The position numbers and the translations under genes were made by a program. DNA of 64,000 nucleotides from Planctomycetota bacterium (GTDB lineage Bacteria; Planctomycetota; B15-G4; JADJEK01), in NCBI GenBank assembly GCA_044225365.1, contig JBGAIQ010000005.1, forward strand, positions 128,001-192,000. The letters run 5' to 3'. The notes below the pieces were generated by a model. That model did not search any database. It was given only the letters and a program-made list of their open reading frames with translations, and was not told the DNA's origin. Position 1 is the first letter of the stretch. Each line of letters begins with the position of its first letter. Of this stretch, positions 28,250 through 37,700 are shown in pieces.

Positions 28250-30988
28250 ATGAATCGCTTCACTCTCTCGACAATTGCATTCGGATTTTGCATCGGGGTC
28301 AGTGCCTACGGAGGGACGGTTTTCGTCAACGCAGCGAACGGAGGATTCGAAGACGGAACGCTGGCGAATCCGTACAACACGATCCAGGAGGGCGTCAACG
28401 CGGCGCTGAACGGGGATACGGTTTCGGTCGCCGCAGGCGTCTACGAAGAACAGGTCGACTTCCTCTCGAAGAACATCTCGGTGGTCGGCGCGGGCGCGGA
28501 GCTCACGACGATCCGTACGCCGGCCGTGCGTACGGTCAACCTCACGCGCACCGACCTGCCGTCGTGCTCGGGCACGCGCGCGGTCGACTCCGTCGTCTGG
28601 ATCCAAGGCACGACGAATGCGACGCTCAAGGGCTTCACGATCGACGGCAACAACACGCTCATCTTCTCCTACCTCGGCACTTCCGTGCGTACGACCGGCA
28701 TCGCCATGAAGGCCGCGCGCGCGACGATCGATTCGTGTCGCGTCCAGCGCGTGCGCGATCCCGCGTGCGACGGCTGTCAGGGCGGTATCGGCATCTACGT
28801 GGTGTTCAGCAACAGCAACGTGACGATCACCAACAACTTCGTCGTCGATTGCCAGAAGGGCGGCATCGTGGTGAATGGGCACGCCGGCGCACTGCAGTCC
28901 GGCGCGTGCACCGCGGCCGACGCGCAGACGCCGCACGCTCAGATCACGGGCAACATCGTGGTCGGCCAGGGTCACACCTGGGCGATCGCATTCAACGGCA
29001 TCCAGATCGGCTTCGGCGCCGACGCCGTCATCGACAACAACATCGTCACCGGCTGCTACTACGAAGGGACGTCGGCGGCCTCCGGCGGCATCCTCCTCGT
29101 CGGCTCCGCACCCTGTTCCGTGCTCGGCAACACCGTCACGGCGAGCAACATCGGGATCTACGCGAGCGACATCGACCTCGGTTTCGGCAACATTCCGGTC
29201 GGCGCGGGCATCTATCAGGGCAACATCCTGAACAATCCGCAGAACGGTGATCCGCTCTCCTTCGCCGACAACGCGTTCGACGACAACGCCGCGAGCGTCT
29301 GGAACGGCAACACCTATCACAACTTCGATCTCGCCCACGGCGCGCCCGCGGGTTACGACATCGGTTTCGCGTCCTACGCCGGCATCGCCACGAGCGACAC
29401 CAGCGCGGCGCAGCTCGATCCGCTCGACTGGAACGATCTCGTCGCTCCCACCGCGACCGTCACGGGACAGGATCCCGAAGGCATCGCGGTCGCCGACGTC
29501 AACGGCGACGGCTTCGCCGACGTCATCACGGCGAACGAGAGCTCGAACTCCGTGTCGGTGCTCCTCAACAACACGTCGGGCGGCCTGCTCCCCGCCGTGA
29601 CGACCACCTCCGCGACGAATCTGAAGGGTGCGCGTTCGGTGGTCGTCGGCAACTTCACAGGCAGCGCGGCGCTCGATCTCGCGGTCGCGTGCAAAGCGGG
29701 CAACACCGTGACGATCCTGGCCGGAACGGGCACGGGCAGCTTCAGCGTCACGACGGTGATCCCGCTGTCGACCGGCCCCTACGCCATCGCAACGGGCGAC
29801 GTCGACGGCAACGGCACGGCCGACCTCGCGGTGGCGCTCGCCGGCACTCCGTTCTTCACCCCCGGCGGCGTGAGCGTGCTCTCGAACGCGCCGTTCGGGA
29901 CCTTCACGGCGAGTGCGCTCGTCGCGCCGGGTTCGGGATTCGGCCAGGTCCAGGGCATCGCGATCGCCGATCTCGGCGGTACTTCGCTGCCCGAAGTGGT
30001 CGCGACCGATGCCGACAAGGGCAACCTGCTGATCTATGCGAACAGCGCGGGGACGTTCGGTGCGCCGACCCTGCAGGACATCACGATCGCGCCGCTCGAG
30101 GTCGTGAAGCCGCGCGGCGTCCTGGTGCGCGACATGAACTTCGATCGCCGCCCGGATGTCGTGCTGACCAATCTCGGCAACGTCCCGACCTCGTTCGGCG
30201 ATCTTCGCATCCTGCCCCACTCGCCGTCGGCGAGCATCGCCTTCGGCAAGGCGCTCGCGTTCCAGACCGGCACGTTCCCGACGGCCGTCGCGGCGGGCAA
30301 CCTCTACGAGGATCTCCCCGCGCGCGGCGCATACACCGGCGATGACGTCGTCACCGCGGACTTCGGCGCCTCGACGCTGACGCAGAACAACGGCTTCACC
30401 GGAATGGTCACGCCCTCGGCGTCGATCACGACGGACGGGTCGTTCCTCGCCCGCAGCTCCTATCCGATCGGCGTGCCGACCGCGGTCGCCATCGCCGACC
30501 TGAACAATGACGGCTTCAACGAAGTCATCGCGACGACGGTGGGCGCGCTCGGTCAGGTCCATGTGTTCGGCGCCCGCGTCAGCGCTCTCGTCGAACCCTA
30601 CGGTGAAGGCTGCGCCGGCACCGGCGGCACGATCCCGGTGAACGGTGCGCTCGGACTCCCGACGATCGGTAACTCGGGCTTCGTCGACACGCTGTCGAAC
30701 GCGGCCGCGTTCAAGGCGAACTTCCTCGCCCTTGGCGTTGGCCCGGCGAACGCGCAGTATGGCCCCGTTCCGTTCGACTGCTTCCTGCTCGTCAATCCCT
30801 TCCCGCTGTTCCTGACCTTCCGCAGCTTCACCGACGCGGCCGGTCAGTCGCAGATCCCGCTGCCGATCCCGAACGCCCCCGTTCTCGTCGGCGCGCAGGT
30901 CTACACCCAGTGGATCGTGTTCGACAGCGCCGGCCCGGCGCCCGGCGTCGTCTTCTCCAACGGATTGCGAATCCGACTCGGTTACTGA
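28250..30988 (+). CDS. Secreted protein: pectin-lyase-like beta-helix + FG-GAP repeats + C-terminal sorting-like module
   Basis: DGTLANPYNTIQEGVNAALNGDTVSVAAGVY; DVNGDGFADV, DVDGNGTADL, DLNNDGFNEV repeats; PYGEGCAG...LPIPNAPVLVGAQVYTQW..FD...FSNGLRIRLGY. Confidence 0.85.
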   Translation: MNRFTLSTIAFGFCIGVSAYGGTVFVNAANGGFEDGTLANPYNTIQEGVNAALNGDTVSVAAGVYEEQVDFLSKNISVVGAGAELTTIRTPAVRTVNLTRTDLPSCSGTRAVDSVVWIQGTTNATLKGFTIDGNNTLIFSYLGTSVRTTGIAMKAARATIDSCRVQRVRDPACDGCQGGIGIYVVFSNSNVTITNNFVVDCQKGGIVVNGHAGALQSGACTAADAQTPHAQITGNIVVGQGHTWAIAFNGIQIGFGADAVIDNNIVTGCYYEGTSAASGGILLVGSAPCSVLGNTVTASNIGIYASDIDLGFGNIPVGAGIYQGNILNNPQNGDPLSFADNAFDDNAASVWNGNTYHNFDLAHGAPAGYDIGFASYAGIATSDTSAAQLDPLDWNDLVAPTATVTGQDPEGIAVADVNGDGFADVITANESSNSVSVLLNNTSGGLLPAVTTTSATNLKGARSVVVGNFTGSAALDLAVACKAGNTVTILAGTGTGSFSVTTVIPLSTGPYAIATGDVDGNGTADLAVALAGTPFFTPGGVSVLSNAPFGTFTASALVAPGSGFGQVQGIAIADLGGTSLPEVVATDADKGNLLIYANSAGTFGAPTLQDITIAPLEVVKPRGVLVRDMNFDRRPDVVLTNLGNVPTSFGDLRILPHSPSASIAFGKALAFQTGTFPTAVAAGNLYEDLPARGAYTGDDVVTADFGASTLTQNNGFTGMVTPSASITTDGSFLARSSYPIGVPTAVAIADLNNDGFNEVIATTVGALGQVHVFGARVSALVEPYGEGCAGTGGTIPVNGALGLPTIGNSGFVDTLSNAAAFKANFLALGVGPANAQYGPVPFDCFLLVNPFPLFLTFRSFTDAAGQSQIPLPIPNAPVLVGAQVYTQWIVFDSAGPAPGVVFSNGLRIRLGY

Positions 30989-31013
30989 TCCCGCGTCTCT
31001 CCTCGACGCAGTT

Positions 31014-31047
31014 CACCGGAGTGCTCGCGGTTGCGAGCGCTCCGGTG
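31014..31047 (+). terminator. Hairpin downstream of the beta-helix/FG-GAP gene
   Basis: CACCGGAGTGCTCGC-ggtt-GCGAGCGCTCCGGTG. Confidence 0.55.
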
Positions 31048-31129
31048 GCTGCGCGAGGCTGTTCTCTCGCCGCGCCCGCCAACGGCCGGATCCCCCCGCC
31101 ACCGAAGCCAGAGTCCCATAGGAGTCGCG

Positions 31130-33655
31130 ATGATCGCTTCCGATCGAGACCTCGTATCCGCAGGTTGCAGCCGCCGTTCCCGTTCACTCCTCGCATGGTC
31201 CGTCGTGGGCCTCTGCGCCGGCATTTCGCTCCGTTTCGCGAACGCGGACGAACCGTCCGCTCGCGACTCCACGATCTGCACTCCGGGACTTCCTTCGGTC
31301 TTCGCGGAGAACTCGGGGCAGTGGCCGTCGAGCGCGAGTTTCGTCGCGCGCGGCTCGCATCAATCGATCACGGTGACGCACGATGGATTCCTCGCGCGCG
31401 ACCTCGGGGGCGCCACGCTCGGCGTCACGTTCGAGGGATCGCAGACGCGCGCCGTCGGCCTTCGCGCGAGTCCTGCCCGAGTGAACGAATTCCTCGGCTC
31501 CGATCCGACGGCCTGGCGCAGCGCGCTGCGCACGTTCGAGAGCGTCGCGATCGAAGGGCTCGCGAACGGGGCACGCGTCGTTCTCCACACTTCGCGCTCC
31601 GGTCTCGAGTACGACCTCGAACTGCCGCCGGGAGCGCCGCTCTCCGCGGTGGTCGCTCACGCCCACGGCGGGAACCTCTCGCTCGACGACGCAGGTCGGC
31701 TCGTCGTGACGACGCCAACCGCCTCCGCGCGATTCTCGATCCCGGCGACGTTCGCGATCTCGCCCACGGGTCAGCGTCGCGAGCTCGCGGCGCACTTCGT
31801 CCTCCTCGGAGACGACCGCTTCGGATTCGAGTCCGAAGGGCGTAACGACGACGAAGCGCTCGTCGTCGATCCGACGCTCGTCTACTCCTCGTTCCTCGGC
31901 GGCCCGCAATTCGAGGAAGTGCGCGCGATCGCGGTCGATGGTTCGTGCTCGACGATCACTGCGGGGTGGACGATCTCACCCGCGTTCCCGTCCACGATCG
32001 GATCGCTCGACACGTCGTTCAACGGCGGCCGCGACGCGTTCGTCGCGAAGCTCACGGACAGCGGATCGTCGCTCGTCTTCGCCACGTTCCTCGGCGGAGG
32101 CAACGACGACGAGGCGACGGCCATCGTCGCCGACAACTTCGGCTCGCTCGCACTCGCCGGGCAGACCCGCTCGCCGAACTTCCCGACCACGGGCGGCGCG
32201 TTCGATACGACCTACAACGGGGACGAGGACGGCTTCGTGGTGCAGCTCGATTCGAGCGGCTCGATCCTCGACTTCGGATCCTATCTCGGGAGCACCGGAG
32301 AGGATGTTCCGAGCGGCGTCGCGTTCGCGGACGACGGCAGCGTGATCGTCGCCGGAACGACCGATTCGCAATCGTTCCCGGTCCAGGCTGGCGCCTTCGA
32401 TCTGACGCCCAATGGCGGCCGCGACGCGTTCCTCGTCCGCTTCTCGGCGAGCGGCAGCGCGCTGACCTACTCGACGTACCTGGGCGGCGCGCAGGACGAC
32501 GTCGCCTATGGGCTCGCCGTCCAGTCGATCGGTCCTGCGATCGACAATGCGTTCCTCGCGGGAGCGACCACCTCGCCGGACTTCCCGATCACGGGCGGCG
32601 CCTTTGATGCCGTCCCGAACGGTGGAGAGGACGCCTTCGTCGTACGACTCTCGACGACGGGCATCCCGCTCTACTCGACGTTCCTCGGCGGCGCGACGGA
32701 AGACGCCGCGAGCTGCATCGCGGTCGACGAAACGGGAAGCGCGATCGTCGCGGGCGAGACGTGGTCGCAGAACTTCCCGTCGACTCCCGGCGCGGCGCAA
32801 GTGACCCATGCGGGCGGAATCGCCGATGCCTTCGTCACGCGACTCAATCTGACCGGAACGGCGCTCCAGTACTCGACGTTCCTCGGCGGCAGCGATTTCG
32901 ATTACGCACGGGCCGTCGCTCTCGACAGTCACGGCGAGGCGCGCATCGGTGGCGTCACTTCCTCGATCGACTTCCCCGTGACGCCGGGTGCGATCCAGGC
33001 CAGCTACGGCGGCGGCTCGACCGACGGATTCATGGCGCGACTCTCCGCGGTCGGAGACAGCTTCCAGAGCGCGACGTACTTCGGCGGCAACCTTCCCGAC
33101 GCGATCGGCTCGATTCGCGTGGATTGCGTCGGCGATACGATCGCCGGCGGCTCGTCGTACTCGGGGAACATCCCGCTCACATTCGGAGCGTTCGACACGT
33201 CGTACAACGGCCAGCTCGATGGATTCGTCGTCAAATCGAAGAAGGAGACGACGACCTGCGGATTGCCGGCGACATCCTCGAACTACGGCGCGGGCAAGCC
33301 CGGCACGCTCGGCATCCCGACGCTGACGACTCTCGTCCTGCCGAAGGTGCCGACGAAGTCGTTTGCGATCGAGATCGGGAACGGGCTCCCGGGCGCTCTG
33401 CCCGTGCTCTTCCTCGGCCCTGCCCCGCTTGCCCTGCCGTTCGATGGCGGTTCGCTCCTCGCCTACCCCGCCTTCATCCTCTTCCTCCTGCCGTTCAACG
33501 GCCTCGGCAAGAGCATCGGCGTCGGGCCGATCTGCGACGTCCCGCTCTACTGCGGCGCCACGGTGTATCTGCAGGCGATGTTCCAGGACCCCGGCGCGAC
33601 CGGCTTCTATCACACGGCGCAGACCCCTGGCCTCACCTTCACCCTCGGCAACTGA
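31130..33655 (+). CDS. Secreted SBBP beta-propeller repeat protein with C-terminal sorting-like module
   Basis: FAENSGQW, LEYD, LVVDPTLVYSSFLGG; repeated YSTFLGG...D...AG.T.S.DFP.T.GAFD...GG.DAFV; C-terminal NYGAGKPG...VYLQAMFQD...TPGLTFTLGN. AGGAG RBS. Confidence 0.88.
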   Translation: MIASDRDLVSAGCSRRSRSLLAWSVVGLCAGISLRFANADEPSARDSTICTPGLPSVFAENSGQWPSSASFVARGSHQSITVTHDGFLARDLGGATLGVTFEGSQTRAVGLRASPARVNEFLGSDPTAWRSALRTFESVAIEGLANGARVVLHTSRSGLEYDLELPPGAPLSAVVAHAHGGNLSLDDAGRLVVTTPTASARFSIPATFAISPTGQRRELAAHFVLLGDDRFGFESEGRNDDEALVVDPTLVYSSFLGGPQFEEVRAIAVDGSCSTITAGWTISPAFPSTIGSLDTSFNGGRDAFVAKLTDSGSSLVFATFLGGGNDDEATAIVADNFGSLALAGQTRSPNFPTTGGAFDTTYNGDEDGFVVQLDSSGSILDFGSYLGSTGEDVPSGVAFADDGSVIVAGTTDSQSFPVQAGAFDLTPNGGRDAFLVRFSASGSALTYSTYLGGAQDDVAYGLAVQSIGPAIDNAFLAGATTSPDFPITGGAFDAVPNGGEDAFVVRLSTTGIPLYSTFLGGATEDAASCIAVDETGSAIVAGETWSQNFPSTPGAAQVTHAGGIADAFVTRLNLTGTALQYSTFLGGSDFDYARAVALDSHGEARIGGVTSSIDFPVTPGAIQASYGGGSTDGFMARLSAVGDSFQSATYFGGNLPDAIGSIRVDCVGDTIAGGSSYSGNIPLTFGAFDTSYNGQLDGFVVKSKKETTTCGLPATSSNYGAGKPGTLGIPTLTTLVLPKVPTKSFAIEIGNGLPGALPVLFLGPAPLALPFDGGSLLAYPAFILFLLPFNGLGKSIGVGPICDVPLYCGATVYLQAMFQDPGATGFYHTAQTPGLTFTLGN

Positions 33656-33682
33656 TCGACGCGAAGCTGCCGCGAGAAAGCA

Positions 33683-33723
33683 AAACGACCCCCGCGCGAT
33701 CGGACATCGCGCGGGGGTCGTTT
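33683..33723. terminator. Bidirectional intrinsic terminator between convergent genes
   Basis: AAACGACCCCCGCGCGAT-cggac-ATCGCGCGGGGGTCGTTT perfect stem with A/T tails on both sides. Confidence 0.85.
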
Positions 33724-33757
33724 CATGAATTGGGGATTGGAGGATCGGGGGAGTGGA

Positions 33758-34519
33758 TCACGGCATCTGGCTGATCTTCAGGCTGCCGGCGCCGGCGACG
33801 ATGCGGTCGCTGTCGACATCGTTCCAGCTCGCGAAACCCTCGAGGAAGAGGACACCCTTCGCTGCGGTGTCGACCGCGTTGCCGACGTCGGCTGCGTTCG
33901 CGGCGGCGACCGCTGTGCTGAACGCGAGACCATTCGCCCAGGCGACGAGGAACGGCGCGTAGCTGACGGCGGAGTCGGCGTAGATCTTCTTCGAGCCCGA
34001 GGCGACCTTGAAGCCCGCGGCGAGCCACGACGAATTGTGCGTCGAACCGTAGCACGCCGTCGAGAACACGACCCGGAGCTTCCCGCGCTGCGCCGTGGTG
34101 AGCTTGCTCGTGATGTCGTTCTTCACCTTCGTCATCGTCACCGTGCCGTTGCTGAACAGGACGCTGCCCGAAAGACCGTGAGTCACGAAGATCAGGTCGA
34201 CGGCCTTCACAGTCGACTTGTTGGTGATCGAATCGAGCTTGTCCGAGAGCGCGGCGCAGGTCGCCGCGGCGCCGGTGACGTAGGTCACTGCGTTGTAGTT
34301 CGGGTTCAGGTTGATCTGAGCGAGGCCCTGCGCCGAGAACTCGACGAAGTCGTAGAACGCCTGTTGCGCGGGACTCCCTTGACTCAGATTGGCAATGAAG
34401 ACGAGCGCTTCACGTTGGCTCTTGGAGATCGTCGTGGTGGCATGCGCATGCGCGGCAAAGCCGAGGGTGGAGACGACGAGGGCGAAGGAAACGACGAGGC
34501 TCTTGATCGTGCGGAACAT
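33758..34519 (-). CDS. Small secreted protein with a caspase/CHAT-like (clan CD) peptidase signature
   Basis: Signal peptide ending AHA; VTGAAAT..AL, VDLIFVTHG, LRVVFSTACYG, WLAAGFKVASG. Confidence 0.6.
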   Translation of the reverse strand: MFRTIKSLVVSFALVVSTLGFAAHAHATTTISKSQREALVFIANLSQGSPAQQAFYDFVEFSAQGLAQINLNPNYNAVTYVTGAAATCAALSDKLDSITNKSTVKAVDLIFVTHGLSGSVLFSNGTVTMTKVKNDITSKLTTAQRGKLRVVFSTACYGSTHNSSWLAAGFKVASGSKKIYADSAVSYAPFLVAWANGLAFSTAVAAANAADVGNAVDTAAKGVLFLEGFASWNDVDSDRIVAGAGSLKISQMP

Positions 34520-34628
34520 GGGTTTGGCTCCTGTTTCTACGTCCCGATCCGCACTCGAAGTGAGTGCGACTTCCGGACAGAAGATCGAGGCGGCAACTCC
34601 CAGGATTTCCGACGGTGATTTCTCGCGT

Positions 34629-36278
34629 TCAGCCGAAGGTGATCGCAACGCCGTTCGAATTCACGAATCCGAGAGCGTGCGCGGAGTCCGGCAGGAACGC
34701 CTGCAGCATCAGCGCCTGGCCCGCGAGCCCCGACGGAACCGTCGCGGGCGCAACCGCCCAACCCGTCGAGGGCACCCAACTCTGGACCGGCCAATTCGAG
34801 ACCAGGAGGATCAACGGCTGCACGTCGATCGTGCATTCGGTCGGGTGGATTCGCGTGTCGTCGATCGCATTGCCCACGAACAGCATCGCGAAGTTCGCGC
34901 CCTTGATGTTGGTGAGGGACAACGCGACGGACACTCCCGCCGTCGGGCGCCCGGTGAACTGCAGGTGAGGCGCCTGCGCGGCGCTCGCACCACAACCGTG
35001 GCCGTACTCCGTGACGTGCCCGACGCGAGGGACGACGGCCGACGTGACGACGGCCACCACGGACGCAGCCGTGGCGGTGCTCGCTGCGAACTCGGTGGTG
35101 AGCACGACATCGTCGCGGCCATCGGCGTCGACATCGCCCGCGAACGCCAGGGCGGAACCGAGCGGTGCCGACATGGAGTTACCCGGCAACGCGAACAACG
35201 AGACTCCGCCCGAGCCGGAGTAGGCGTAGAGCTTGCCCGCCGTGCCCGCACCCGGAGCTCCGACCACGAGGTCGGGTATCGAGTCGCCGTCGAGATCTCC
35301 TCCGCCGTCGAGCGCGGTGCCGAAGCCGTCCCCCATCGCGCTGCCATGAACCTCGAACAGCGATTGCCAGCTCGCTCCCGATACGACGCGGACGAACGAG
35401 GCCTGGCCGAACGAATCGACCGTGAGCGCCGCGTCGGGAGTGCCATCCTGATCGACATCACCCGCAGCGGTGAACATGCCGGAGAACTCGTCACCGGGAT
35501 ACGGGAGCGCGAGCACCTGGATCGACGCGCCGTCCTTGCCGGAGAAGAACCGGATCTCCGCGGATCCGATCGTCGGCGTATCGCTCGCCGCGACATCCGC
35601 GAATCCATCGTGGTTCAGGTCGCCCATGCCGTCGAGCTGTTTCCCGAGCATCGAGAAGGAGTAGGCGGTGGCGGTGAACAAGGTCTGTCCCGTCGCGCCC
35701 GAGAACACCTGGATCATGCCCTCGTCGTGGAAGAAAGTGTCGGCATTCGGCCAGCCCACGAGGATGTCCGGCGTGCCGTCGGCGTCGACATCCCCCGCCG
35801 CCGCCGCGACGCCCGGTACGTCGGGCGAGAAGTTCGACAGCGGGCCATGGAATACGCGCAGGACACTCCCCGTGCGGCCTGAGAACACTCGAACCCGCCC
35901 GTGCCCGGAGAGTCCGTCGCCGGCGAGCAACACGTCGCCGATTGCGAATTCACCCCCGCCGTCGTGATCGAGATCACCGACGAAGGCGACCGAATCACCG
36001 AGGTGGACGTTCGGAATGTCGCCGTCGATCACATAGAGGACGCCGCCGTCGCGTCCCGAAACGATGCGGACCGTGCCCTGGATCAGCGAGAGATCGCCAT
36101 CCTGCTTCGCTGCGATGAGCAGATCGGGAATCCCGTCCCCGTCCACATCCCCACCGCCGGCGAGAGCCGAGCCGAAGAGATCGGAGGGCGCGTCCCCGCG
36201 CACGCGGAACAACTCGCTCTGCCCGAAGGCGGAGCCGCAGAAGATCGCCAATGTCGAAGCGATGATTCGGACGCGCAT
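34629..36278 (-). CDS. Secreted integrin-alpha-like FG-GAP repeat protein with C-terminal sorting-like module
   Basis: FGSALAGGGDVDGDGIPDLLI and about 7 similar repeats; EYGHGCG...LMLQAFLPD...NSNGVAITFG. Confidence 0.88.
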   Translation of the reverse strand: MRVRIIASTLAIFCGSAFGQSELFRVRGDAPSDLFGSALAGGGDVDGDGIPDLLIAAKQDGDLSLIQGTVRIVSGRDGGVLYVIDGDIPNVHLGDSVAFVGDLDHDGGGEFAIGDVLLAGDGLSGHGRVRVFSGRTGSVLRVFHGPLSNFSPDVPGVAAAAGDVDADGTPDILVGWPNADTFFHDEGMIQVFSGATGQTLFTATAYSFSMLGKQLDGMGDLNHDGFADVAASDTPTIGSAEIRFFSGKDGASIQVLALPYPGDEFSGMFTAAGDVDQDGTPDAALTVDSFGQASFVRVVSGASWQSLFEVHGSAMGDGFGTALDGGGDLDGDSIPDLVVGAPGAGTAGKLYAYSGSGGVSLFALPGNSMSAPLGSALAFAGDVDADGRDDVVLTTEFAASTATAASVVAVVTSAVVPRVGHVTEYGHGCGASAAQAPHLQFTGRPTAGVSVALSLTNIKGANFAMLFVGNAIDDTRIHPTECTIDVQPLILLVSNWPVQSWVPSTGWAVAPATVPSGLAGQALMLQAFLPDSAHALGFVNSNGVAITFG

Positions 36279-36482
36279 GGCATTCTCCCTGACGCGATCG
36301 GAGATCGACCGCTCCCCGCGAAGACTGCAACTCGCGTACCTTCACGCCGTGCCGGCTCGCCGACGCATTTCATCGAGGAATTCGGCCCGAAGAGGGTCCG
36401 GTGACTGCGGCGGCTGGGGGAGATTCGTCAGGCAAGGAGCGACGAAAGCAGGCAGATCTCACGGCGCCGATGCCGATCCGCG

Positions 36483-37337
36483 TCAGGAGTGCGGAACGCC
36501 GGCGGGCTCGCTGAGCGCCCGGATGCGGTCGATGACCGCGTGGATCATCTCGTCGGGCGTCGATGCTCCGGCCGAGACTCCGACCGATTCCGCGTTCCGG
36601 AACCACTCGCCTTCGAGGTCGTCCGGAGAACGCACCTGGTGCGAGCGCGGGTTCAGCGACTTCGCGATCGTCGCGAGGCGCTTCGTGTTTGCGCTGGTGA
36701 ACGAGCCGACGATGATGACGACGTCGTTCTCTGCCGCGAGCTCCCGGATCTCTTCCTGGTTGAGGCGAGTCGGGAAGCAGATCGTGTTGATGAATCGCAG
36801 ATCGACGACCTTCCGCACGAGGACATCGAGCACGGCGCTCACGTTGTCGAGAATCTGTGTCGATTGCGAGACCACGCCGCAGCGCCGCATGCGCGGCAGC
36901 TTCTCGGCCTCGTCGGGCCCGCTCACGATCGTCGCGTTCTCGACCTGACTCGCGATGCCCACGACTTCGTCGTGGCCGTGATCGCCGACGATCACGATCT
37001 GGCGACCTTCCGCCGCGAGTTCGCGCACTTCGGCGTGGATCTTCGAGACGAGTGGGCACGTGCCGTCGAGGATCTGCAACCCCTGCTCGTTCGCAGCCTT
37101 CCAGACGTCGACCGCGGTGCCGTGAGCGCGGAAGAGCAGCGGCGCGCCCTTCGCTTCTTCGAGCGTCTTCACGACCTTCACACCGGAATCGGCGAGCTTG
37201 CGAACCACGATCTCGTTGTGGACGATGTCCCCGAGCATCGTGACGCTGCCGTACTTCTTCGCGCTCTCCAGCGCGAGTTCGACCGCGTCGCGGACTCCAA
37301 AGCAGTATCCGGCGTGTTTGGCGAGTTCGATTCGCAT
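36483..37337 (-). CDS. ispH: 4-hydroxy-3-methylbut-2-enyl diphosphate reductase
   Basis: AGYCFGV, IVHN, FRAHG, DGTCPLV, GDHGHDEV, SQSTQ, NTICFPT..NQ, SANTKRL, GVSAGASTP. Confidence 0.96.
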   Translation of the reverse strand: MRIELAKHAGYCFGVRDAVELALESAKKYGSVTMLGDIVHNEIVVRKLADSGVKVVKTLEEAKGAPLLFRAHGTAVDVWKAANEQGLQILDGTCPLVSKIHAEVRELAAEGRQIVIVGDHGHDEVVGIASQVENATIVSGPDEAEKLPRMRRCGVVSQSTQILDNVSAVLDVLVRKVVDLRFINTICFPTRLNQEEIRELAAENDVVIIVGSFTSANTKRLATIAKSLNPRSHQVRSPDDLEGEWFRNAESVGVSAGASTPDEMIHAVIDRIRALSEPAGVPHS

Positions 37338-37700
37338 TTGCGGTCGGCGTCGGCCCTTGGCCCTTGAATGAGAGAATCACGCGTTCCGCCGCACCATCGC
37401 GTCGCACGCGCTCTTCGTCATGTTAGCGCCGAGGCGAATCCGCGCCGTGCAAAACCGTGGAGCGGGGATCGCCGCGCCGGGAGAACTCGTTCCTTCGTAA
37501 GAGGGCGTCGCCGCAGCGCCTTGCATCCATCGTAGGACGCCGGTGATCGCGCGAGCGACCTCAGCACGACGCCAGTCTCGCTGCCGGCCTTGCCGATAAC
37601 CTCGTGATCGAATATGGTTTGTGGGTACGCGACGAAATCCCTTTCGCGTAACCCGACCGCGACGTCGCCCCCAATCCCCGACCCGAGAAGAACCGAACCG

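Noticed and set aside
37340-37700. Riboswitch or ncRNA in the ispH / hydrolase divergent region
   Set aside because: No recognisable conserved motif or convincing stem found by eye.
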